A stretch of DNA of 64,000 nt from a virus, in IMG/VR virus record IMGVR_UViG_3300045971_000247, positions 2,313 through 66,312 of that record. One strand, written 5' to 3'. Every line of letters starts with the position of its first letter. Position 1 is the stretch's first letter. The position numbers and the translations under genes were made by a program. The notes beneath the pieces are model-generated. The model was not told where the DNA came from and searched no databases. It saw nothing but the letters and a program-made list of their open reading frames with translations. Positions 1 through 8,375 of this stretch are shown here, in pieces.

Positions 1-27
1 CGCAGTGCGCGTGGCAAGGAGCTTCAT
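1..27 (-). CDS. 5' end of a virion gene downstream of the major capsid gene (runs off window)
   Basis: ATG at 27 (minus) preceded by AGGAAAG; reads MKLLATRTA to the window edge. Confidence 0.5.
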
Positions 28-51
28 GGTGGGTTCTTTCCTGTGCTCAGA

Positions 52-1197
52 TCACTGGGCCACGTAGCAGGACAGCACGCCGAAGTCTTCGACGGTGTTC
101 GCTTCGTAGATGGTCCCGAACTTCGGCTTCAAGAACCCGAGAATCTTGCCGATGGCGATGCCCTGGCTGTTCTCGTAGTCGAAGCCCTTCTCGTTCCAGT
201 CCGGGGCGCCGATGTCGGCCATGCCGAGCGCCTGGGCGCCGCAGAACAGGATCTGCGAACCGGGCAAGTTGAAGCCAGCGCCGTACATGCTCGTGCCGCT
301 GATACCGGCCGACACGTTCGGCACGTGCCGGAACTCGTGCAGGTAGATGCCGTCGATCTTGACGCTCGACCCGGTGAACAAGGCGTCGTTCTTGTTCGTC
401 TGCTGCGAGTGCCGCAGGTTCAGGTTGTAGTCGTTGTCGGCCTTCAGCTTGGCGAACGCCTGCGGGGTCAGGAACGCGTGGTACGTCTCTTCGCCGCCTT
501 CACCGGTGACGCCGCGGATGTAGCGGTCCTTGGCATAGGCCTTCAGCTGCACGAAGGTCTGCCACGCCGGGAAGTCGCTGGTGGCAGCGGCGCCGGTGTT
601 GACGATGGAGGTCTGGGTGTTGCTGCCCGAGGCCGAGTCCTTCAGCACCTTGTTGACGTTGTCCCAGCGCAGCATGCGCTTGGTGGACGGGGCCGTCACG
701 TCGTTGGCGAACTCCAGGTTGGCCAGATCGCTGCCCACCCGGGTCGAGCCGTTGGGGCGCGTACCGAAGGCCCGGCCGCCGAGGGCGCTGAAGGCCATCT
801 GGTCGATGCGGTCGGCCAGCCAGTAGGCCAGCACGTCGCGGGAGTTGCCGCGGAATTCGACCACCGACTTCTGGTCGGCCATCTTGCCTTCGTGGCGGTT
901 GGCGTGGCGCAGCTGGTCGATGCGGATGACCTGATCGAAGGTCTGCATCGCTTCTTCGTTGCCCTCCAGGGTCCGGTCGCCTGCGACACCGTCACCGGTC
1001 AGGTCGGCCAGCAGCGTGATGACAGCGCGGGCGCCCTTCTCGGACTTCTTCAGTTCGGTGATGTGCTGGATCAGCGAGTTCGGGCCTTTGCCCAGGAACT
1101 TGTTGACGAAGGACATGTTGCGGGCCTGCTTCCACAGGTCCATCGACCAGACGGTCTTTTGCTCGGACGTGAGCAGCGAGAAATTGGTAACAGCCAT
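52..1197 (-). CDS. Major capsid protein, N4-gp56/DUF4043-like family
   Basis: 381 aa; LTGDGVAGDRTLEGNEE, IDQLRHAN and LFCGAQAL motifs; AGGAG RBS; lies downstream of portal and scaffold. Confidence 0.9.
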   Translation of the reverse strand: MAVTNFSLLTSEQKTVWSMDLWKQARNMSFVNKFLGKGPNSLIQHITELKKSEKGARAVITLLADLTGDGVAGDRTLEGNEEAMQTFDQVIRIDQLRHANRHEGKMADQKSVVEFRGNSRDVLAYWLADRIDQMAFSALGGRAFGTRPNGSTRVGSDLANLEFANDVTAPSTKRMLRWDNVNKVLKDSASGSNTQTSIVNTGAAATSDFPAWQTFVQLKAYAKDRYIRGVTGEGGEETYHAFLTPQAFAKLKADNDYNLNLRHSQQTNKNDALFTGSSVKIDGIYLHEFRHVPNVSAGISGTSMYGAGFNLPGSQILFCGAQALGMADIGAPDWNEKGFDYENSQGIAIGKILGFLKPKFGTIYEANTVEDFGVLSCYVAQ

Positions 1198-1358
1198 TGC
1201 GGCGCTCCTGCGTAGTCGAAGATAGACGTTCGATTTCCGAATGTCGCTTCGGCTACGCGAGGGAGGCTTGACCGTGCCTCTGACGGGCGCACCGTGTCGT
1301 GGTGCCTACGAGTACCATGCTATCGAAAACGACTGCGTGATAGCCGCAGTGTATCGAC

Positions 1359-1391
1359 AAAAAAGAGCCGGCGCAAGGCCGGCTCTAAAAA
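1359..1391 (-). terminator. Intrinsic terminator between the sigma gene and the major capsid gene
   Basis: AGAGCCGGC-gcaag-GCCGGCTCT stem followed by T6 on the minus strand. Confidence 0.7.
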
Positions 1392-1423
1392 GACTGAGTA
1401 CAGTCTTGTGAGGAGCTTAGATG

Positions 1424-2278
1424 TCAACCCCAACGAACGCCTGCGAAGGCCAACACATCCGCCGACGGTGAGGGCGTAGTCAGTTCTGGTGCTGGTTCCG
1501 GTCGGCGTTTCCCTGGTCGTGTTTGCGCCTGGACGTACTCGACGATTCGCCTTTCGGCCTGTCCGAGCAGCTGACTGATTCGGGCGCCGCTCACGCCGTG
1601 GATCTGGGCGATTTCGTTCTGCGTCAGGTCGTCGTCGTAGGTCAAACTCCAGACGCTGCGCTCACGTTCAGAGAGGGCTTCGAGCGCCTGCTCGATCCAT
1701 ACGACGAGGTATGCAAGATCCAGCCGTTCAGCCGGCGGGTCGCCGCGTGTACCGGCACCATGCCGGTCGAGGTAGTCCTCGACGTCCTCGCCCTCGTAAT
1801 CCTCCATGTCGACCAAGCTCGCCGCTTGCGCCTTCAGCGCCAAGGCGTGGTAGTCCGGCAGCGGCAACCCCATCTCAGCTGCGACCTCGCTGTCGCTGGC
1901 CGATCTGCCCAGGCGTTGTTCTGCGGCCCGCATGGCCGCCTCGATCCGACGGCCGTCACGCCGGTCTCCGCGGCTCATCCAGTCGTTGCCCCGCAACTCG
2001 TCGAGCATGGCGCCGCGGATGCGCTGGGTGGCGAAGGTCTCGAACTGCACCCCCTGGGCCGCATCGAAGCGCGACAACGCGTCGCTCAGGCCGATCATGC
2101 CCACCTGGATGAGGTCGTCGAGTTCGACGTTGGCGGGCAGTTTGGCAATCATCTGGTTGGCTAGGCGCCGGACCAGCGGTCGGTGCTGTTTCAGCAGAGC
2201 GCCCAGCTGGTCACGGCCAAGAACAGCGCCGTCGCCGCCGCCATCAGTTCTGGCAACAGCGGCAGGCGCCCGGTCCAT
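1424..2278 (-). CDS. fliA: Phage-encoded FliA/WhiG-family (sigma-28-like) RNA polymerase sigma factor
   Basis: Region 2 LPANVELDDLIQVGMIGLSDALSRFD...FETFATQRIRGAMLDELR and region 4 LSERERSV..LTY..DLTQNEIAQIHGVSGARISQL. Confidence 0.9.
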   Translation of the reverse strand: MDRAPAAVARTDGGGDGAVLGRDQLGALLKQHRPLVRRLANQMIAKLPANVELDDLIQVGMIGLSDALSRFDAAQGVQFETFATQRIRGAMLDELRGNDWMSRGDRRDGRRIEAAMRAAEQRLGRSASDSEVAAEMGLPLPDYHALALKAQAASLVDMEDYEGEDVEDYLDRHGAGTRGDPPAERLDLAYLVVWIEQALEALSERERSVWSLTYDDDLTQNEIAQIHGVSGARISQLLGQAERRIVEYVQAQTRPGKRRPEPAPELTTPSPSADVLAFAGVRWG

Positions 2279-2282
2279 CGTG

Positions 2283-2549
2283 TCACCGCAGCACGGGCTG
2301 GAATGGCAGCATGTCTGGCGCGGTGATCTGCCGGTGCACTGCGGCTGCCGCAGCGGCCACGGTCGTCACGGCGTCGACCAGAGCCTGACTGTAGGCCCCG
2401 ACCGGGATGGCTGCGATCTGCGCTTCCAGGGCGGCCACGGCTGTTTGCAGTGTGTCGATCGTGGATTGCAGGCCGGCGATCAGCGGGATGTCGGCGTTGA
2501 GGGTCGTGGTGGCAACGCTCAGGGCAGCGATCATTTCGGCTTCGGTCAT
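2283..2549 (-). CDS. Hypothetical Ala-rich coiled-coil protein
   Basis: 88 aa ORF with AAGGA RBS, packed in the operon. Confidence 0.6.
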   Translation of the reverse strand: MTEAEMIAALSVATTTLNADIPLIAGLQSTIDTLQTAVAALEAQIAAIPVGAYSQALVDAVTTVAAAAAAVHRQITAPDMLPFQPVLR

Positions 2550-2559
2550 GGTCCGTCCT

Positions 2560-3228
2560 TTATTGAGTGCAGACGGTCATCGTCTGCGGGGTGGCAGCAC
2601 CGGTGAAAGTGCAATAGGTGCGCGATCCGATCACCGTCTTGGCCGTGCAGTCGCACGCCACGCCGAGGCGAACGGTGCCGGCCAGCCCACCGAGGGCGCC
2701 GGCGCGGACAGTGAATGCAAGCGTGCTGGCCGTCTTCCAAGCTGGCGCTGCGGGCGGCTGCGGCCGACCGGCCCAAATAGTCGGCCACGCTGGGCACCAC
2801 ACGGGGGTCATGCTCGGGTCAGCCAGAGGCTTGGTGACGTATAGGGCGGACAGCCGCGCGATGTCGACAGCGCTGGGCTGCGGGCCGGCTTTCAGGAAGT
2901 CCAGCAGCATGGACGGCGTGGCCGCCGATGCGGCGAGAGCGCCCCACTGCGGCAGCCACGTCTGGTCTGCTTGCTGGCAGTAGCGCCAGGACGTGATCCC
3001 TGCGGAGTTGGCGCTGTACTGAACCGGTGTCGCAGCGGCGCACGTTGGTGCGATGGGGGCCACGTAGTCCCGGTAGACGTAGTAGCCATTGGTCGGCTGG
3101 ACGTTGCAGGGGTTTGACAGCGCGGGCGCGCTCGCTGCCTGGGCCATGACCGACAGCGGCAGCGCCACCAGCAGCAGGACGATGAGGATCACCAGCAGGA
3201 TCGGCAGGTAGGTGTGCTTGCGGTACAT
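2560..3228 (-). CDS. Cys-rich exported or membrane-anchored protein
   Basis: Start MYRKHTYL followed by a long hydrophobic signal/TM segment and AQA; several Cys. Confidence 0.65.
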   Translation of the reverse strand: MYRKHTYLPILLVILIVLLLVALPLSVMAQAASAPALSNPCNVQPTNGYYVYRDYVAPIAPTCAAATPVQYSANSAGITSWRYCQQADQTWLPQWGALAASAATPSMLLDFLKAGPQPSAVDIARLSALYVTKPLADPSMTPVWCPAWPTIWAGRPQPPAAPAWKTASTLAFTVRAGALGGLAGTVRLGVACDCTAKTVIGSRTYCTFTGAATPQTMTVCTQ

Positions 3229-3230
3229 GG

Positions 3231-3752
3231 TCAAGCCTTCGGGCGCGTGGTGAAACTGTCGATGCCCTTGCCGATCTGCCGCAGGCCCGAATAGGCCCAT
3301 GGGAGCGCCAGCAAGATGCCAAGAATCGTGATGTCGGGTACCGGTCGCGTGAACACGTAGGCGATGCCAGCGGCCAGCCCGACCCAAGCCTGCAATGGCC
3401 GCGTCCAGCGCACCAGTCGGTCTTCAGCGTTGTCACCAGAGCGGACGGTCTTGCCGGTCTCCTCCTGCTCGGCCTGCAGATCCTTGAGCCGCAGTTCTTC
3501 CATCGCGCGGATGTGCTCGCGGATGCTGGCGTCGTTCTGCACCGCGAGTTCGCGCAGCTTCAGCATGGTCCCCGGGTCGGTCTGTAGGGCCGATAGGGCT
3601 TTGTCGGGGAGCCCTTCGCCGGTGGCCCCGGTAACGAGGGAGACCCCCGCAGCGACAGCGCCGGGGATGTTGCCGGTCAGCAGCGAGCCGACCAGCGCTG
3701 CGCCGGTGCCGGCGTTGTTTGAGAGCCAGTCGCCTACTGTCTTCCAGTCCAT
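3231..3752 (-). CDS. Putative holin (GTA-type 3TM holin-like)
   Basis: Adjacent to endolysin; WTRPL, hydrophobic C-terminal helices and YSGLRQIGKG ending. Confidence 0.65.
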   Translation of the reverse strand: MDWKTVGDWLSNNAGTGAALVGSLLTGNIPGAVAAGVSLVTGATGEGLPDKALSALQTDPGTMLKLRELAVQNDASIREHIRAMEELRLKDLQAEQEETGKTVRSGDNAEDRLVRWTRPLQAWVGLAAGIAYVFTRPVPDITILGILLALPWAYSGLRQIGKGIDSFTTRPKA

Positions 3753-3753
3753 G

Positions 3754-4227
3754 TCACACCTCCGTTAGCGTCTGCGCGGCCCGTCGAATCCACCCCCGGC
3801 CGAAGCGCGCCCAGCGGGCGTCGTCGATGTCGGTGTAGTCGCACAGGCGCGCCGCGGTGAACCGGAAAAGCACGCGCTGCCACGGAGCAGACTGCAGGGC
3901 TTGCAGCGTGAGCGGCCCGAGGATGCCGTCCTCTGTCTCGCCGACGCCGTGCTGCAGCGCCTTGATCGCGGCCGTCACGCCCTGGTTCACGCTCATGTCA
4001 AACAGCGGGTATTTGAGCTGCTCCGGCGCCGCATCACAGCCGGCCGGGCCCCAGTAGTCGCGGCGGTAAATCTCCTTTGCGCGATCCAGCGTGAGAGAGG
4101 GGATGTCCTCCCCTGGATGGGCGCGCTTGGAGATTCCAAAACGGGTGGCGCCTCCGGGATCAAGGGGATCGTTCGTGTACGAACCCTCGCTGCCGACGAC
4201 GCGCCTGAAAGCTTCGTCGAAGTTCAT
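3754..4227 (-). CDS. Endolysin, glycoside hydrolase family 108 with peptidoglycan-binding domain
   Basis: EGSYTNDPLDPGGATRFGIS motif, DGILGPLTL, FGRGWIRR. Confidence 0.9.
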   Translation of the reverse strand: MNFDEAFRRVVGSEGSYTNDPLDPGGATRFGISKRAHPGEDIPSLTLDRAKEIYRRDYWGPAGCDAAPEQLKYPLFDMSVNQGVTAAIKALQHGVGETEDGILGPLTLQALQSAPWQRVLFRFTAARLCDYTDIDDARWARFGRGWIRRAAQTLTEV

Positions 4228-4511
4228 GGCAGCGCCCCGGCGTACATCACGACCGACATCACGACGCCCGGCGCTGTCGTAGCGGCTGCGTCCCACACGT
4301 CGACCGTGTGCATCCCAGGAGACTGCTGGTTGTCACGCCAGTCGCAGAATTCTTTCGTGATGCCGGCGACGAGCCCGCACAGTGCCGGCGTTGCGACGAT
4401 GCCGGCGAACGGCACGACGCCGAACACGACGAGGACGAGATAGACAGCGCACCCGCACAGCGCGGCGCAGAGGCCGGCGACGAAGTGCTGGAGTTTGTCG
4501 GTGATGGTCAT
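4224..4511 (-). CDS. Small membrane protein
   Basis: DKLQHF..G motif and hydrophobic helices; start follows AAAGGA; stop overlaps endolysin start. Confidence 0.65.
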   Translation of the reverse strand: MTITDKLQHFVAGLCAALCGCAVYLVLVVFGVVPFAGIVATPALCGLVAGITKEFCDWRDNQQSPGMHTVDVWDAAATTAPGVVMSVVMYAGALP

Positions 4512-4525
4512 GGCGTTCCTTTCGG

Positions 4526-5521
4526 TTAAATCACATCGCCGCGCATCCGCGCCAGCTGGTCTTCGCTCAGCGCACTGAAGTCCTTGTAGGACATCTTCAG
4601 CACGTCCTTGGCGCTGATGACGCCGCCATCCTTGTCGCTGTCCATGCCGACGCGGGACACCGACGGCGGGGTCTTCTTCGAAGCGTCCAGTGCCTTCTCG
4701 ACAGCGCCCTTCTTCCGCTCGGCGGCCACGTCCTTCGCATCCACCTTCGGCGTGACGGTCGTGGCGACCTCCTGCTTCGTCGTCTCGGCGCCCAGCAGCT
4801 TCTTGACGGCCTTCTGGAGCGCGTCGGTGGGCGTCATGCCCTTGCGCTCGTACGTCACCTTCAGGTCGGCCACGTCGGTCAGCATCTCGCTGTCGAAGTC
4901 GCCGTGGTCCGGGTTCAGCACCGGGTACGCCTGCTCGACGCGCTCCAGGCTGATGTTGTAGCGGGCGCGCTCGGTGGCGCGGGCTTCGGCTTCGGCGATC
5001 TTGAAGTCGCTGCGCTGCTCGTTCATCTGCCGCTCGGCCCGGCGGATGTCGCGCATCAGATCCGTGGCCTTGTCGACCTCGCCGTCGGCCAGGAGCTTCG
5101 TGTACTCCTTCTCCATGCCCAAGACCTTCGCCTCCAGCGCGGTCAGGTCGGCGTTGATGTCGGCCACCTGTTTGCCGGACTGGAACTTGGCAAGCTCGCG
5201 CTCGGCCTCCTTGCGGGCCTCGCGCTCCTTGTTCAGGAGGGCTTCGTGGCGGTCCAGAGGGATGCGCTTGGGCGACTTCTTCTTGTCGTCCTTGGCCTCG
5301 TCCTTCTCTTCCTTCTCTTCGTCGGCGTCGTCAGTTTTGTCCTCGACCTTCTCTTCGGCCTTGTCCTCGACCTTCTCGTCGGCCTTGTCCTCGACCTTCT
5401 CGTCGGCGTCGTCCGTCGGCGTGAAGTCGTCGCCGCGGTCGACAGCACCGCCGCCCGTGTTCTCGACGATGCCGGGGCTCAGCGCCCAGGGGAAGGCCTT
5501 CAGCAGCCAGTGGAGTTTCAT
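4526..5521 (-). CDS. Capsid scaffolding protein
   Basis: Acidic N-terminus, RIPLDR motif, coiled coil; follows the portal. Confidence 0.75.
   Translation of the reverse strand: MKLHWLLKAFPWALSPGIVENTGGGAVDRGDDFTPTDDADEKVEDKADEKVEDKAEEKVEDKTDDADEEKEEKDEAKDDKKKSPKRIPLDRHEALLNKEREARKEAERELAKFQSGKQVADINADLTALEAKVLGMEKEYTKLLADGEVDKATDLMRDIRRAERQMNEQRSDFKIAEAEARATERARYNISLERVEQAYPVLNPDHGDFDSEMLTDVADLKVTYERKGMTPTDALQKAVKKLLGAETTKQEVATTVTPKVDAKDVAAERKKGAVEKALDASKKTPPSVSRVGMDSDKDGGVISAKDVLKMSYKDFSALSEDQLARMRGDVI
5337..5407. repeat. 24-bp tandem repeat x3 in scaffold gene (EKVEDKAD/AE/TD)
   Basis: TTGTCCTCGACCTTCTC recurs with a 24-bp period. Confidence 0.8.
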
Positions 5522-7674
5522 CGCAGTCCTTGTCGTTGGGGTTGAGGTTTCTGTGCGGCCGCAGCCATCTGGGCCTCGCGCTGAGCGCGCTGGTCGGCGC
5601 GCTTGATGGCCATGTCCTGTGCCTGAAGCCTGAGCTTGCCGTCTTCACGCTCGCGCTCCAGGCCGAGCTTCATGAAGTCCATCTGCTGCTCGTGCTTGAA
5701 CTTCTCTTCGTCCAGGCCGGCCTCGTGCTGGGCCTTGGCCATCTCAAGCTCGGGGTTCCCACCCTTGCCTGCGTTCGGGTCTTCGATGGGCGTGTGGGCC
5801 AGCACCTGGGTCTTGACCTGGGTCTCCTGGGTCTTGGCGGTGCGCAGGCCGGCGTCGGCGTGCTTCGCAGCGGCCTCACCCTCGACCTTGGATACCTCGG
5901 CCTGCTGGGCGCGCTGTTGCAGCTGCTGCTGGGCCTGGGCCTCGGGCGAGTTCTTGTCGCCCTCCATCTGCTTGATGATTTCCGTCTTGTTGATGAGCCG
6001 GCTCGAATTGATGATGACGCTGTCGGGGATCATCACGCCCATCTCCTTCATGGCGACGGCCTGATCGAACTGGCTGTCTTCCATCGTCTCGCGGTGCGGC
6101 ACAGACGTGACGACCACGTCGTACTCACCAAGGGTGAGGTCGTTGACGATCGTGCCCTCGGGACTCGCCTGATTCACAGCAAACGTCTGGGTCTCACCGG
6201 TGGCGCTGTTGTGCGTGATCGTCATCAGGCGTTCTTCGGTGTAGAACTCCTGGATCAGGTCGACGATGTTGCGCGCCAAGAGGTAGTCCGACCGCGTCAG
6301 GCTGTCCATCGGCTTGGCCAGACCCGTCGCGCCGCTCTGCTTGTTCTTGTCGATGGCCTTGGCGGCGACGTCCTCGCGCGCCTGCCCGGTCATGTAGTCC
6401 GAGACGCCCGAAATTGTCTTGATGTGTTCCTCGGCCTTGTAGGACACGCGGTCCAAGCCAGAGGGCACGGAATTCGGCTGGATCTTGACCAGATCCTCAT
6501 CAGGGTTCCCGTTCGTTTCGACCACGAGGCCGGTCTCCGCGCCGCGCTGTTCGAGTTCTTCGGGCGTCATGTTCGTCAGCGAGCCGGCCTTCACCTTCCA
6601 GCCGCTGTTGGCGGTGGTGTTGACGACGTGAAGCTCCTGGCTGCTGACCTTGTTGAGCAACTCCTGCGAGCCCAGCAGGTTCTCGACAAGACCGATCGTC
6701 TGGCCGCGACGGAAATAGGGGAAGTACGGGACGATCGTGAAGTGCTTGTACGGGCTCCAGTCGTCGTGCAACTCGACGTTGTCGGCGATCACGGTCCAGC
6801 GGATGCGGTGGACGAGTTTCGTGGTGACCTGGAAGCCGAACTTCTCGACAAACCAGTTGATCCGGTTCTTGTCGAACTCCGCAGGGATGGCGCGCATGTC
6901 GCCGGTCTCTGGGCTGACGAAGTGTTTCTGCCGATCCAGCACCCGGTGCTGGCGCTCGATGACGCGGATGTTGCGCAGCACGCTGCTCTGGTCGTAGTCA
7001 CCCGCGTACATGGGGTTCAGCCGGTCGCCGAAGCGGTCGCGGAACGCCGAAATTGAGTCGTAGCCGTACGGGAAGTAACTCTGCTCGCGGTTGCGCAGCA
7101 ATTCACCGTCGGCCTTGTTGTAGAGGATGCAGATGTCGTCGGCGGTGACCCATTTCGTGACGAAAAGGTCGTTCCACGTGTCCGGGTCGTATTCCTCACC
7201 GTCCGGGTCGACGATGACGTTCTTCGGGTTGATGTTGTCGATGGAAACTTCGCCCTGCATGCTGTCGGTGTAGTCGATGCGGACGTCGAGATAGCCCCGA
7301 CTGGTGATAATCCCGTCGGCGAACATGTCGCTGCGCTTCCAGTCCAGCTGGTTGTTGTCGCTGATCTGCTTGTAGACCTTCGTCAGCGCTTCAGCGACCT
7401 CAGCCGGCGAGCCCGAGCGCGGCCGGAAGCTCGTTTCGGCCCGGTTGTAAATCTGCTCGCCCATCACGTTGCTGACCGTGCTGATGATCTTGTTGATCGT
7501 CAGCGCCGGGCGGCGGGCCAGCTTGAGGCGGGCCACGTCGGCGGGGTCCCACTGGTCGCCGCGGAAGAATCGCTCGCAAACGTCGGCCTTCTCGATGTAG
7601 CGCTGGTGGCCGTTGTCCCGCGCCCAGCAGTAGCGGTTCCAGGTCTTCGAGCAGAGGGCGGTGTTCAGCGGCAT
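5518..7674 (-). CDS. Portal protein (P22/N4-like)
   Basis: 718 aa; FFRGDQW..RPALTINKI N-terminus; Q-rich C-terminal helix; lies downstream of terminase. Confidence 0.9.
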   Translation of the reverse strand: MPLNTALCSKTWNRYCWARDNGHQRYIEKADVCERFFRGDQWDPADVARLKLARRPALTINKIISTVSNVMGEQIYNRAETSFRPRSGSPAEVAEALTKVYKQISDNNQLDWKRSDMFADGIITSRGYLDVRIDYTDSMQGEVSIDNINPKNVIVDPDGEEYDPDTWNDLFVTKWVTADDICILYNKADGELLRNREQSYFPYGYDSISAFRDRFGDRLNPMYAGDYDQSSVLRNIRVIERQHRVLDRQKHFVSPETGDMRAIPAEFDKNRINWFVEKFGFQVTTKLVHRIRWTVIADNVELHDDWSPYKHFTIVPYFPYFRRGQTIGLVENLLGSQELLNKVSSQELHVVNTTANSGWKVKAGSLTNMTPEELEQRGAETGLVVETNGNPDEDLVKIQPNSVPSGLDRVSYKAEEHIKTISGVSDYMTGQAREDVAAKAIDKNKQSGATGLAKPMDSLTRSDYLLARNIVDLIQEFYTEERLMTITHNSATGETQTFAVNQASPEGTIVNDLTLGEYDVVVTSVPHRETMEDSQFDQAVAMKEMGVMIPDSVIINSSRLINKTEIIKQMEGDKNSPEAQAQQQLQQRAQQAEVSKVEGEAAAKHADAGLRTAKTQETQVKTQVLAHTPIEDPNAGKGGNPELEMAKAQHEAGLDEEKFKHEQQMDFMKLGLEREREDGKLRLQAQDMAIKRADQRAQREAQMAAAAQKPQPQRQGLR

Positions 7675-7681
7675 GGTGCGC

Positions 7682-8095
7682 TCATTTCAAGAACTTCAGC
7701 TTGTAAAGAGCCCTGTCGATGACGGCCAGGATGTTGTCGATGAGGTTCGACAACTCTGTGCAGTCAACGTCGTTGCTCTCGGCTTGTTCACCGTCCTTGT
7801 CGTCACCCGCCTCGCTGCACTCTTCGCGGTTCTCCGCGATCCAGGTGCGCAGGGCGGTCAGTTGCTGAATTGGGGCGCCTGTGCTCGGGCGTACGGTCGG
7901 AAAGTCCTCGGCGCTCAGCTGGCCGAAGATCCCCATGTAGCACTCCAGATATTCGTCGGCGGACGTGGCGATGGCGTCATAGAAGTCCCCCAGCGCCATG
8001 TGTTGGGCGTAGCTCTTCGTGACGAGGTGCGCGATGTGCGTGCTGGTGCGGGCTGCGAAGCAGCGGGCGACGAGTTCGGCGCAGGGGTAAGTCAC
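7682..8095 (-). CDS. Ferritin/Dps-like four-helix protein (DUF5856-like)
   Basis: HIAHLVTKSYAQHMALGDFYD...D...E and terminal YKLKFL; GTG start coupled to upstream stop. Confidence 0.7.
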   Translation of the reverse strand: MTYPCAELVARCFAARTSTHIAHLVTKSYAQHMALGDFYDAIATSADEYLECYMGIFGQLSAEDFPTVRPSTGAPIQQLTALRTWIAENREECSEAGDDKDGEQAESNDVDCTELSNLIDNILAVIDRALYKLKFLK

Positions 8096-8169
8096 CGCTG
8101 CTTCTCCAGCGCGTAGACGCACTCGAAGATGTACTGGCGCACGGCCTGGGCGATGGGTGTGGGCTTCAT
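8092..8169 (-). CDS. 25-aa translationally coupled small ORF
   Basis: MKPTPIAQAVRQYIFECVYALEKQR; ATGA and GTGA overlaps with both neighbours. Confidence 0.45.
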   Translation of the reverse strand: MKPTPIAQAVRQYIFECVYALEKQR

Positions 8170-8375
8170 GTCTTGGCCTTACGCGGCACGCCGCTCGGGT
8201 TGTCCTCACTCACCAGCACGCACAGGTGGCGTGCCCGGCGGTCCTGGAGATAGAAACCCAACGCGGCGGCGCTTCTCTCAATGTCGATCGGCTCACCTGG
8301 GGCCGTGCTGCACGAGTGGTGTAGTTCGCAGCCGCAGGGCAGCGCCACGTGGAGTTCGAGCCGGTCGAGTCCCAT
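8166..8375 (-). CDS. Hypothetical protein
   Basis: 69 aa, start overlaps terminase stop; LPCGC motif. Confidence 0.55.
   Translation of the reverse strand: MGLDRLELHVALPCGCELHHSCSTAPGEPIDIERSAAALGFYLQDRRARHLCVLVSEDNPSGVPRKAKT

Noticed and set aside
1200-1358. Canonical sigma-28 promoter upstream of the capsid gene
   Set aside because: GTCGATAC and TTCGATAG resemble the -10 box, but no TAAA -35 lies at 15-bp spacing; unsupported unless the phage sigma has altered -35 specificity
43-7056. Long plus-strand ORFs (e.g. 43-1215, 5530-7056) and similar antisense ORFs elsewhere (45252-47234, 50705-52234, 31520-33520)
   Set aside because: Antisense shadows of GC3-biased real genes with no motifs, unlike the intein-nested ORFs, which carry clear family motifs
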